NCBI GenBank assembly: GCA_036834925.1
Contig: DAITMY010000001.1
Location: 1-33,228 of the forward strand
Source: Asticcacaulis sp.
GTDB taxonomy: Bacteria; Pseudomonadota; Alphaproteobacteria; Caulobacterales; Caulobacteraceae
Length of the DNA stretch: 33,228 nt
Direction: 5' to 3'
Shown here: in pieces, positions 1-8,090 of the stretch
Layout: every line of letters begins with the position of its first letter
Position numbering within the stretch: position 1 is the stretch's first letter
Made by a program: the position numbers and the translations under genes
Notes under the pieces: generated by a model
The model's input: the letters and a program-made list of their open reading frames with translations, nothing else
The model's database searches: none
What the model was told of the DNA's origin: nothing

Positions 1-1188
1 GTCATCGCCCTGCCCGAGGACATGCTGACCGATGTGGTGACGGTGGCCGACGCCGCCCCGTTCGTGCCGGTTTTGGCCCATCCCGCCCCGGAGGCGGTGC
101 AGAGCCTCAAGGCGCGGCTGGAAGCGGCCAAGGCGCCGGTGCTGCTGCTGGGCGGGTCGGGCTGGAGCGCCGAGGCGGTGGCTGATATGGCCGACTTTGC
201 TGACCGCTGGGACCTTCCGGCCTTTGTCACCTTCCGCCGCCAGATGCTGTTCCCGGCGGACCATCGCTGTTACGGCGGCGATCTGGGGATTGGGCCGAAC
301 CCGAAATTGCTGGCGCGGATCAAGGATGCCGACCTGATCCTGCTGGTTGGCGGGCGGCTGTCGGAAATGCCGTCCCAGAGCTACAGCCTGCTCGATATTC
401 CCGGCGACGGGGTGCGCCTCGTGCATGTGCATCCGGGCGCTGAGGAGCTGAACAAGGTCTATCACGCGGGTTTGGGGATACAGGCGGCCCCGACGACCTT
501 TGCGGCGGCCTTGCGCGCCCTGAGCCCGGATACGGCCCCGCGCTGGGCGGGTGCGGCGGACGACGCCCACGCCGCCTATCTCGACTGGTCTGATCCGGCC
601 CGGATCACCATCCCCGGCGATGTCCAGATGGGGGCGGTGATGCAGACCCTGATCGCGACCCTGCCGGCCGACTCTATCCTGTGCAACGGGGCGGGGAACT
701 ATGCCACCTGGGTGCACCGGTTCTGGCCGTTCCGCCATTTTGGCACCCAGTTAGCACCGACCAGCGGCTCCATGGGCTATGGCGTCCCGGCCGCCGTGGG
801 CGGGCGACAGGTTGCCCCTTCGCGCACCGTGGTGGCCTTTGCGGGAGACGGCTGTTTCCTGATGCACGGTCAGGAGTTCGGCACAGCGGTCCAGTATGGC
901 CTTAAGCTGCTGGTGATCGTGGTCGATAATGCCATGTATGGCACCATCCGCATGCACCAGGCCCGCGAATATCCCGGTCGCCCGGTCGCGACGATGATGC
1001 AGTCCCCGGACTTTGCCGCCCTGGCCCGCGCCTATGGCGGTCACGGCGAGACGGTCGAGAGCACCGACGCCTTTGCCCAGGCGCTTGAGCGGGCCTTGGC
1101 AGCGGACGGCCCCGCGCTGATCCACATCCGCATCAGCCCGGAGGCCATTACCCCCAGCCTGACCCTCAGCCAGATCGAGGGGGTGTAG
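1..1188 (+). CDS. Thiamine pyrophosphate-binding protein (acetolactate synthase large subunit-like), 5'-truncated by the window
   Basis: Frame is open from base 1 (VIALPEDML...). Has GSMGYG and the TPP-binding motif GDGCFLMHGQE...VVDNAMYGTIR. Stop TAG at 1186-1188. Confidence 0.9.
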   Translation, partial: VIALPEDMLTDVVTVADAAPFVPVLAHPAPEAVQSLKARLEAAKAPVLLLGGSGWSAEAVADMADFADRWDLPAFVTFRRQMLFPADHRCYGGDLGIGPNPKLLARIKDADLILLVGGRLSEMPSQSYSLLDIPGDGVRLVHVHPGAEELNKVYHAGLGIQAAPTTFAAALRALSPDTAPRWAGAADDAHAAYLDWSDPARITIPGDVQMGAVMQTLIATLPADSILCNGAGNYATWVHRFWPFRHFGTQLAPTSGSMGYGVPAAVGGRQVAPSRTVVAFAGDGCFLMHGQEFGTAVQYGLKLLVIVVDNAMYGTIRMHQAREYPGRPVATMMQSPDFAALARAYGGHGETVESTDAFAQALERALAADGPALIHIRISPEAITPSLTLSQIEGV

Positions 1189-1269
1189 GGGGTGTTTTCG
1201 GTCTCGGGGGCATGGTATTTGTTATTGTTGTGATGCCGTTGTCTTCAATCCGAACATCAGCCAAAGCGA

Positions 1270-1572
1270 ATGCCTGATCCTACGTCCAAGCGGCCTCTTG
1301 ATCCGGTCGATGCCTTAGTCCTTCCTCTGACGGATGCACAACGGCTTGCCTTGTCTGATGCAGCAAAAGCTGCTGGGATGAGCCTGACAACCTTTGCTTT
1401 GGCACGGTTATTTCCGCAAAATTCTGAGGATCTGACCCGAGACCGCCTTCGTGAAGATATCCTTCGCGGCATTGAGAGTGGCCCTATGGTCCCCTTTACT
1501 CAGGATGATGTGAACGGGATAAAACAACGAGGCCGTCTGCGATTGGACAAGGCCGCACAAGACAAGATCTGA
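1270..1572 (+). CDS. Type II toxin-antitoxin antitoxin, ParD-like with a ribbon-helix-helix-like N-terminus
   Basis: 100 aa, ending 3 nt before a ParE-like gene. C-terminal LREDILRGIESGPMVPF resembles ParD antitoxin tails. N-terminal LTDAQRLALSDAAKAAGMSLTTFALARLFP looks like an RHH DNA-binding unit. Confidence 0.75.
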   Translation: MPDPTSKRPLDPVDALVLPLTDAQRLALSDAAKAAGMSLTTFALARLFPQNSEDLTRDRLREDILRGIESGPMVPFTQDDVNGIKQRGRLRLDKAAQDKI

Positions 1573-1575
1573 TCC

Positions 1576-1881
1576 GTGGCCCGGCTGCTCCGATCGCCCC
1601 TTGCCCTCGAAGATCTTAATGCCATCTGGCTTCAGATCGCCGAACATCAGCCAAAAGTCGCGGACTCGTGGATTGATATGCTGCATGAAACGGCGTGCCG
1701 ATTGTCTGAAATGCCTGAGCTTGGACGTTTACGGCCCGAGATCAGCCCGGAGGGTGTGTCTCTCCGTAGTCTTGCCGTCAAACCCTACGTTATATTTTAC
1801 TACCCCATTGAGGGCGGTGTTTGCATTGTGCGTGTGCTTCATGGATCGCGAGATCTAAGTGCAAAGGTGTTTGAGGGATAA
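1576..1881 (+). CDS. parE: Type II toxin, RelE/ParE family
   Basis: 101 aa with SPLALEDLNAIW, MPELGRLRPEI, YVIFY and IVRVLHGSRDL, all typical ParE motifs. GTG start. Confidence 0.9.
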   Translation: MARLLRSPLALEDLNAIWLQIAEHQPKVADSWIDMLHETACRLSEMPELGRLRPEISPEGVSLRSLAVKPYVIFYYPIEGGVCIVRVLHGSRDLSAKVFEG

Positions 1882-2047
1882 GCCTAGACACTTAAATCAG
1901 ACTGTCGCCCCTCAACCGCCCCCCGGCGTGACAAGCCGGGGCGGACAGGGTAGAAGCGCCGCCTGAGCGAATTCCGGAGGGTGGCGGATCGGCTTTGGGC
2001 TTTGACCCGTCCGGTCCTGTCGCCGTCCCGTTAGTTAAGAGGCAGCC

Positions 2048-2794
2048 ATGGCCGGCCATTCGAAATTCAAGAATATCATGCACAAGAAGGGCCGCGCCGA
2101 TGCGCAGCGGTCCAAGCTGTTTTCCAAGCTGTCGCGCGACATAACTGTGGCGGCCAAGTCGGGCTTGCCGGACCCGGCCATGAACCCGCGCCTTCGCCTC
2201 GCCGTGGCCAACGCCAAGGCCGAGTCGATGCCCAAGGACAATATCGAGCGGGCGATTAAGAAGGGGGCTGCTGGCGAGGTCGATAACTACGAAGACATCC
2301 GCTACGAGGGCTTTGGTCCCGGCGGGATTGGCCTGATCGTCGAGGTGCTGACGGATAACCGTAACCGCGCGGCCTCGAATGTGCGGTCGAGCTTCACCAA
2401 ATACGGCGGCAACCTCGGAGAAACCGGCTCGGTCAGCTTCATGTTCGACCGTCTGGGCCAGGTGCTCTATCCTCTGTCCGCTGGATCGGCCGATGCGATC
2501 ATGGAGGCGGCGATTGAGGCCGGGGCCCAGGATGTCGAGACCGACGACGAGGGCCACACCATCTATACCGCCTTTGAAGATCTGGGCGCGGTGGTTGAAG
2601 CCCTTACGGCGAGCCTCGGGGATCCCAAGTCCACCAGCCTGATCTGGAAGCCCCAGACTCTGACGCCGGTGACCGGTGATCAGGCCAAGTCGCTGCTGAA
2701 GCTGATTGATGTGCTGAACGACGAAGACGACGTCCAGAATGTCTACGCCAATTTCGACCTCAGCGACGAAGATCTGGCGGCCCTTGGCGGCTAA
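2048..2794 (+). CDS. yebC: YebC/PmpR family protein
   Basis: [36 protein letters not shown] and [10 protein letters not shown] motifs. GAGG RBS upstream. Confidence 0.97.
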   Translation: MAGHSKFKNIMHKKGRADAQRSKLFSKLSRDITVAAKSGLPDPAMNPRLRLAVANAKAESMPKDNIERAIKKGAAGEVDNYEDIRYEGFGPGGIGLIVEVLTDNRNRAASNVRSSFTKYGGNLGETGSVSFMFDRLGQVLYPLSAGSADAIMEAAIEAGAQDVETDDEGHTIYTAFEDLGAVVEALTASLGDPKSTSLIWKPQTLTPVTGDQAKSLLKLIDVLNDEDDVQNVYANFDLSDEDLAALGG

Positions 2795-2799
2795 GGCCA

Positions 2800-4332
2800 T
2801 TAACGCGTCTGCGGTAACGACGCGTTTGTCTCGGCTTCTGGGGCTCGATCGCCCTCCAGCAGGCGCAGCATAGGCCGGATGGCCTTGACCGCCACGGTCT
2901 CGGCTTCGGTCCCGTCGATGGCCAGATTATGGTCGTACTCGGGCAAGGGGCCAGCGAGGGTACGCACCAGCGGCGATTGCGGGGCGATGGCTTGAGCGCG
3001 GCGCAGGGCGTCTCGGCTGAGCTGCTCATCGGCCAACTTGATGCCCAAACGCTTGAGCATCGTGCCCGTGCGACTAAGGCTGACCAGTGCCCCATAATCG
3101 AGCGGGTCCAGACGGGTGGCGGATTCGTATAGGCTGCGCGCCTGATGCAGCCAGGCCCCCTGATCATCGACGGCTTCGGCTTGCACGGCCTTGGCTTGCC
3201 AAGCATCAGCGGCCATGCGGTGATCGAGCGCCGTTGCCTCACCGTTGAGTATCAGCGGCAGGATCAAGGCCAGCGCCGCGTTGGGTTTCTGTTCCAGAAG
3301 ATAGAGGCCTGCCGCTGTGCGGTCTCGAGCGGGGCTGGGGGGCAAGGTCTCTAAGCGTGAACGCGCCGCGCTCAGCGCTGCCTTGAGGTCGCGTTGCGTG
3401 GGGGGCAGGCGATAAAGCCAGCTTTCCATGACCAAGGCGCTCTCAGGGGGACCTAAGGTGCGGCGTGTGACAGGGATATCCGTTTTCCGGCTGATGCGGA
3501 TCTGGCGGGTCGGCATGGTGCCGCGCACATAGCGGCGCAAAGTCTGGCTGAAGACTTCGGGCGATTGGCCGGTGGCGCGGCTTAAGGCCACCTCGACGGG
3601 AACACCTAAGGCTTTGAGCCGTAGCAGGCTTGAGAGCTGGCGCTGACGCGCGGGGGTGCTGAGAAAATAATGGGTGAGCGCCCAGGCTTGAGGATAGTAG
3701 TTGGCGTGGGTATGGGCGGCGGCATTGGCCTGACTGAGCATCGGGATCAGGTCCTGCCACGCTTCGGAGGTTAGGCTGGACAGCCGTGCCGGAGCCGCTT
3801 CCCCGAGGATTGCGCCGCCTGAGACGGGGCGCAGTGTGCTGTAATATTCAGCAAAGCCCTCACTCAGCCAAGCTGGATAGGTGCCCGCCATGTAGCGGAA
3901 CATGATGTGATGGGCGTATTCGTGAAAGGCGAACTGGCGGGTCTCATCGCCCGGGCCTTGGTCGGCGACAAAGGCGGCATGATCACGCTCGCCGGGGACA
4001 TAGAAGCCCGTGGCGGCGGGATCCAGCGCCGGGCGCAAGCGCAGGAGATCGGCCTCGCGCGGGACGAGGATGAGTTCAAAGCGGGGTTCGAGATGGTGGG
4101 TGGTTGGACGGATATCGGCCAGCAGGGTGGCCCGAAAGTGCTCGAGCGACAGGGCCATTTGGGTCAGGCGCGTTTCCGACGTCTTGCCGGTGACGCGGAA
4201 ATGCGGGGTCTCAACGGAGACCCAGTCTGCTACAGCGGGGGAGGCGAGGAGACAGGTCAGAGTGGCCAGTCCCGCCGCAAGTGTGCGGCGGCCCCAGCGT
4301 TCCAGCCTGTCTCGGAAGACAATGTGGCCCAT
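2800..4332 (-). CDS. Secreted gluzincin-like zinc metallopeptidase domain (DUF1570/peptidase MA-like) with a TPR-like helical C-terminus
   Basis: Signal peptide ending AVA|DW. HEYAH followed 16 residues later by EGFAEY. YPQAWALTHYF motif. Ala/Leu-rich helical C-half. AAGGA RBS. Confidence 0.75.
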   Translation of the reverse strand: MGHIVFRDRLERWGRRTLAAGLATLTCLLASPAVADWVSVETPHFRVTGKTSETRLTQMALSLEHFRATLLADIRPTTHHLEPRFELILVPREADLLRLRPALDPAATGFYVPGERDHAAFVADQGPGDETRQFAFHEYAHHIMFRYMAGTYPAWLSEGFAEYYSTLRPVSGGAILGEAAPARLSSLTSEAWQDLIPMLSQANAAAHTHANYYPQAWALTHYFLSTPARQRQLSSLLRLKALGVPVEVALSRATGQSPEVFSQTLRRYVRGTMPTRQIRISRKTDIPVTRRTLGPPESALVMESWLYRLPPTQRDLKAALSAARSRLETLPPSPARDRTAAGLYLLEQKPNAALALILPLILNGEATALDHRMAADAWQAKAVQAEAVDDQGAWLHQARSLYESATRLDPLDYGALVSLSRTGTMLKRLGIKLADEQLSRDALRRAQAIAPQSPLVRTLAGPLPEYDHNLAIDGTEAETVAVKAIRPMLRLLEGDRAPEAETNASLPQTR

Positions 4333-4400
4333 GAAGTGATCCTTTCATCAGAACCCTTCAGCGTGCGCGCATTCCAAAATCTGTAAAGCGGGAAACGCGG

Positions 4401-6026
4401 TTAATGCAGTAAATGTGACGATTTTGTGAAGGTTGGAGCGTCTAGCGCCGGATTGAGTCGGGCTTGCGTGTCATGGTCTTCAGCTTTTGGCCTTTCAGTT
4501 TCAAAGCGATACCAGTCTCGCAGACTCAGAGGCTTTTTCTGCTTGAGGTGTTCAATGGCCTTTGCTGCGGCATAGGCACCACGATCATCGTGGCCGCCGG
4601 AGGCTAACGGGGTCACCGCATAGATCGCATCGTCGTATTTGCCACGTTGGGACAGAATTACAGAGAATATTTTGCGTACATAATCAGAGTGTGGCAATAG
4701 CTCTAAAGCTAACCAAGCTACATTCTCAGAATTTTCAGATGTGAAGTTGGGTGTATTTCTGATTGCTTCAAGATAGCGAATAAAGGCTTTTCCGTTATTC
4801 GGATCAATTTTAGTAATTTTTCCATAGACTAGTCGTGCTTGAGCCAGGAATTGATTTTCTTGCTCATTGTCTTGGGCCTCTTGGGCCTTGGTCATCAGAA
4901 TATCGGCCTGCATATGCAGCAAGTCCAGATTGTCCGGATCTTCTTTTAGAGCGGCAGCTAAAGCGGCATCGGCTTCATCGTATCGGTCTTCAAGGATCAT
5001 ATAGGAAATCAGGAGCTGCTTCGCGAGTTTCGTGTTTTGAAGCGGACGAGCGCGGGCTTTTGCCTCTTCGAGCAGGGTCGCATAAGTGCCGTCTTTCCAG
5101 TCGATGTTTCGGCTTTCGTAAAGATTGTAAATGACTGTATCTACATAGAGTTTTCCGGTTTTATTATCCAACTTTGTAAGAGTGACATTCGTATCTGGAT
5201 AATTATTGCCACGCTGAAGGCGCCAAGCTACCAAACGCGCGCTTTTATATTTCTCGTAGTTTTTTTGAAGATTTTCTAAGGGTTCGCCCGTCGCGACTTC
5301 CATTGCTTCAATGCTATTTTTGCCTTCCTGAACCAGGGCGATATATTTATAGAATTGCTTTTTTCTCACATCATCTGACATGAAATAATGTGTCAAAAGC
5401 CAAGATTGGGCATAAAATTCGTTACCACGGTCCTTAATATTTTTGTCTATAAGTTTTCCAATGGGCATATTCTTTGAATTTATGATGGAATAGCCACGTG
5501 ATTTTGAGAGTAGACCAAAATCAATAGTTGACTTGGTGAATTTTATTTCGGAAAAATACTCGGCAAGCCCTTCGGAAACCCAAGGTGGATAGTATCCGGG
5601 CGTTTCTGAGTACATAAAATAGTGATAATATTCGTGAGCTATGACGCTAAAATAATCATTAAATTCATCTTCAATCATTGTGGATAGGGCGACAGTTTCA
5701 TATTTGTTGTTAAAGAATACGCCTGCAATATTTTTACCCATTCTCGGAGAAATCTTTTTAATATCATCATTGCTTTTTACTATGTAAATATGAAGTTTGC
5801 TGTTGTTTTCGCGTTCTTTAACATTGTTGAATCGATGTAAAACTTTGCGGTACAGCTCCAATCTGTTGGCAACAGTTGAAATCCGGCTTTCGGACGTGTC
5901 GCCAATGACGACAAAATTATCGGTCTCAGCACGCAGCCAATCCGCAAACGCCGGAGCGGGTGCCAGAAAGGTCATGGCCAAGCATAGGGCCGCTAAGCCC
6001 CGTACAAAAAATGATAGCTTTGACAT
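4401..6026 (-). CDS. Paralogous secreted gluzincin-like metallopeptidase/TPR-like protein, AT-rich gene
   Basis: ATG at 6026 (MSKLSF) after a G8 run. Signal peptide ending AFA|DW. HEYYH...EGLAEY and YAQSWLLTHYF. TPR-like segments (RYDEADAALAAALKEDPDN, GKYDDAI). The ORF track starts at GTG 6044. Confidence 0.75.
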   Translation of the reverse strand: MSKLSFFVRGLAALCLAMTFLAPAPAFADWLRAETDNFVVIGDTSESRISTVANRLELYRKVLHRFNNVKERENNSKLHIYIVKSNDDIKKISPRMGKNIAGVFFNNKYETVALSTMIEDEFNDYFSVIAHEYYHYFMYSETPGYYPPWVSEGLAEYFSEIKFTKSTIDFGLLSKSRGYSIINSKNMPIGKLIDKNIKDRGNEFYAQSWLLTHYFMSDDVRKKQFYKYIALVQEGKNSIEAMEVATGEPLENLQKNYEKYKSARLVAWRLQRGNNYPDTNVTLTKLDNKTGKLYVDTVIYNLYESRNIDWKDGTYATLLEEAKARARPLQNTKLAKQLLISYMILEDRYDEADAALAAALKEDPDNLDLLHMQADILMTKAQEAQDNEQENQFLAQARLVYGKITKIDPNNGKAFIRYLEAIRNTPNFTSENSENVAWLALELLPHSDYVRKIFSVILSQRGKYDDAIYAVTPLASGGHDDRGAYAAAKAIEHLKQKKPLSLRDWYRFETERPKAEDHDTQARLNPALDAPTFTKSSHLLH

Positions 6027-6106
6027 GTAGCCCCCCCCACACACTCAAAAATGTACGGGCAATCTAGCTGGGAGGCTTTGGGTTGTAAATCCAGCCCGGT
6101 CGCGTA

Positions 6107-6562
6107 TCAGCGTTCGGCGCGGATGTCCGACAGGATGAACATGCTGCGGGTTGCGGTGACGCCTTCGGCCATCTGGATGTCGTTGAGCATGACGTGGGAA
6201 TAGGTGGTCATGTCTTCGGCTTCCATTTCCAGCATGATGTCGAAATCCCCCGAAACGATCCAGCAGGCCGTGATGTTCGGCAGCTTCATCAAGGTATCGA
6301 CGAGGCTTTTGGCCGGGACGTCTTGGCGGCGATGGACGCCGACAAACGCACGGATGCCGATGCCCCGGGCTTCAGGGCTAATGACGGTACGATAGCCCTG
6401 GATAACTTGGCCCTGTTCCATGCGCTTGATGCGCCGGGAAATCGCCGAGTGGGACAGGGGGATCGACTCGGCTAATTCCAGGTTGCTGAGTCTGGCATTG
6501 TCTTTGATCGCATTCAGGATTGCGCGGTCAAATGTATCGATGTCAATCGGGGTCATGGGCAT
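6107..6562 (-). CDS. Lrp/AsnC family transcriptional regulator
   Basis: IDTFDRAIL...NARLSNLELAE...LSHSAISRRIKRME...VIQGY HTH; C-terminal ligand domain with SGDFD. Confidence 0.95.
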   Translation of the reverse strand: MPMTPIDIDTFDRAILNAIKDNARLSNLELAESIPLSHSAISRRIKRMEQGQVIQGYRTVISPEARGIGIRAFVGVHRRQDVPAKSLVDTLMKLPNITACWIVSGDFDIMLEMEAEDMTTYSHVMLNDIQMAEGVTATRSMFILSDIRAER

Positions 6563-6729
6563 TCAGTCTTTGCATAAGCCACTCTGGCAGAGCCATAGGT
6601 TGCGAATTAATCGTTAAGCACCCTTTGTTGGGATCATTATTTGCATATTTCGGACTAAAAACAATAAAAATTCGCCCTCGACGCTAAACTTTTTTACAGT
6701 GGCGGTCTGTTTTGCGAGGAGTTTCTCCC

Positions 6730-7971
6730 TTGACGACGTCCGGCCATACCCAGAGCAAACCCGAGACGGTTTCCTTAGCTGAAACCCTGCCCGATGAGAC
6801 CCCTTTTATTCGGGGGCGGCAAAAAATCGCGTCGCCGGGAGAGGGTGTTGGTAAGCCGCTCGTCCTCAGTAGCAGCTATGTTACGCGACCATTTTCCGAT
6901 ACGCCGCGCCATGATCGCCTCGATGGGGACGGCCCGCATTTTTATACGCGCTGGTCCAACCCGACGGTTCGAGAGCTTGAAACCCGGCTGGCCGAACTCG
7001 AAGGGACAGAGGACGGCCTCTGCTTTGCCTCGGGTATGGGCGCTTTGTCGGCGATTTTTCTGACCTTTCTGCGTCCCGGGGATCGGGTGGTGGTGGCCCA
7101 GCCCTGTTACGCCGGGCTGAACCTGCTGCTGCAGGATTTTGTTCAGCCGATGGGCATCGAGGTGATCCGGGTCGCGGCCGATGACCTTGAGGCCCTCGCG
7201 GCGGCGATTCAGCCCGGAACACGGCTGGTGCATGTGGAAACCCCGGCTAATCCCATGATCGGTTTAGTGGATTTGGCTGCGGTGTCGGCAATGTGCCGCA
7301 CGGTAGGGGCGTTACTGTGCGTGGACTCGACCTTTGCTACCCCGGCCTTGTCGCGCCCGGTCAACTTTGGTGCGGATCTGATCATTCATTCCCTGACCAA
7401 GTACATCTGTGGCCATGGCGATACGATCGGGGGTGTTGTGCTCGGATCGCGGGCGCACATGATCGATCTACGCCGTCGCGGGCTGGCCAGTCTTGGGGCC
7501 TGTCTCGATCCCATGGCCGCCTGGCGGATCGCCCGGGGTGTGGAAACCTTGAACCTGCGCATGCGACAGCACAGCGAGACGGCGCTGGCCCTAGCTGGTT
7601 GGCTCGAAGGGCGGGCAGGGATTGCCCGTGTCCTTTATCCGGGGCTCTCAAGCCATCCGCAGCATGAACTCGCGCGTCGCCAGATGGCCCAGTTTTCCGG
7701 CATGATCGCCTTTGCGCATGAGGGCGGACGTGAGGCGGCGCTAGGTGTGGCCGAACGGTTGACGCGGATTGATCACGCCATTTCCCTCGGCAAGACCAAG
7801 TCTTTGATCTTTTATATCAGCCCAGAGGATCTTCAGGCGGTTTGGGGGGGCATGCCTCAGGTTCGGGATGCGTCCCTGGAGCCGTTCTTCCGCCTTGGTC
7901 TTTATCGCTTTTCGGTGGGGCTGGAGGCGCAGAGCGATCTTCAGGCCGATCTGGATCAAGCCCTGGGCTAG
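6730..7971 (+). CDS. PLP-dependent trans-sulfuration enzyme (cystathionine gamma-synthase/lyase or methionine gamma-lyase family)
   Basis: YTRWSNPT, FASGMGA, ETPANP, VDSTFATP, HSLTKYICGHGD (PLP lysine), YPGL..HPQH and RFSVGLE motifs. TTG at 6730 follows AGGAG (6717-6721). The ORF track starts at 6712. Confidence 0.9.
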   Translation: MTTSGHTQSKPETVSLAETLPDETPFIRGRQKIASPGEGVGKPLVLSSSYVTRPFSDTPRHDRLDGDGPHFYTRWSNPTVRELETRLAELEGTEDGLCFASGMGALSAIFLTFLRPGDRVVVAQPCYAGLNLLLQDFVQPMGIEVIRVAADDLEALAAAIQPGTRLVHVETPANPMIGLVDLAAVSAMCRTVGALLCVDSTFATPALSRPVNFGADLIIHSLTKYICGHGDTIGGVVLGSRAHMIDLRRRGLASLGACLDPMAAWRIARGVETLNLRMRQHSETALALAGWLEGRAGIARVLYPGLSSHPQHELARRQMAQFSGMIAFAHEGGREAALGVAERLTRIDHAISLGKTKSLIFYISPEDLQAVWGGMPQVRDASLEPFFRLGLYRFSVGLEAQSDLQADLDQALG

Positions 7972-8090
7972 GCCCCTCGGTTAAACCGCCTTGCCAGACA
8001 CCCAGGCTTGTCTTTCTGAGGATTAGGCTGGGTGCACTCTTTCCCTTTTCGGAAAAAACACGCTAAATCCGAGAGAAAGGGAGGTGCAGA

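Noticed and set aside
1921..1941. CCCCGGC...GCCGGGG hairpin, similar to the one at 31873-31894, as a REP family
   Set aside because: Only a 7-bp GC stem is shared and the loops differ; more simply 3' mRNA hairpins.
1892..2800. 302-aa minus-strand ORF, and similar antisense ORFs within ptsP, fadA, fadB and the TonB receptor
   Set aside because: They overlap well-supported genes on the opposite strand and lack motifs.
6031..6038. C8/G8 tract as a phase-variation site
   Set aside because: It lies upstream of the likely ATG (6026) in the RBS position, so slippage would not shift the frame; no evidence of variation.
1189..7971. Integrated mobile element or prophage spanning the TA, peptidase and Lrp genes
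   Set aside because: No integrase, transposase, tRNA or flanking att repeats, and the core gene yebC lies in the middle.
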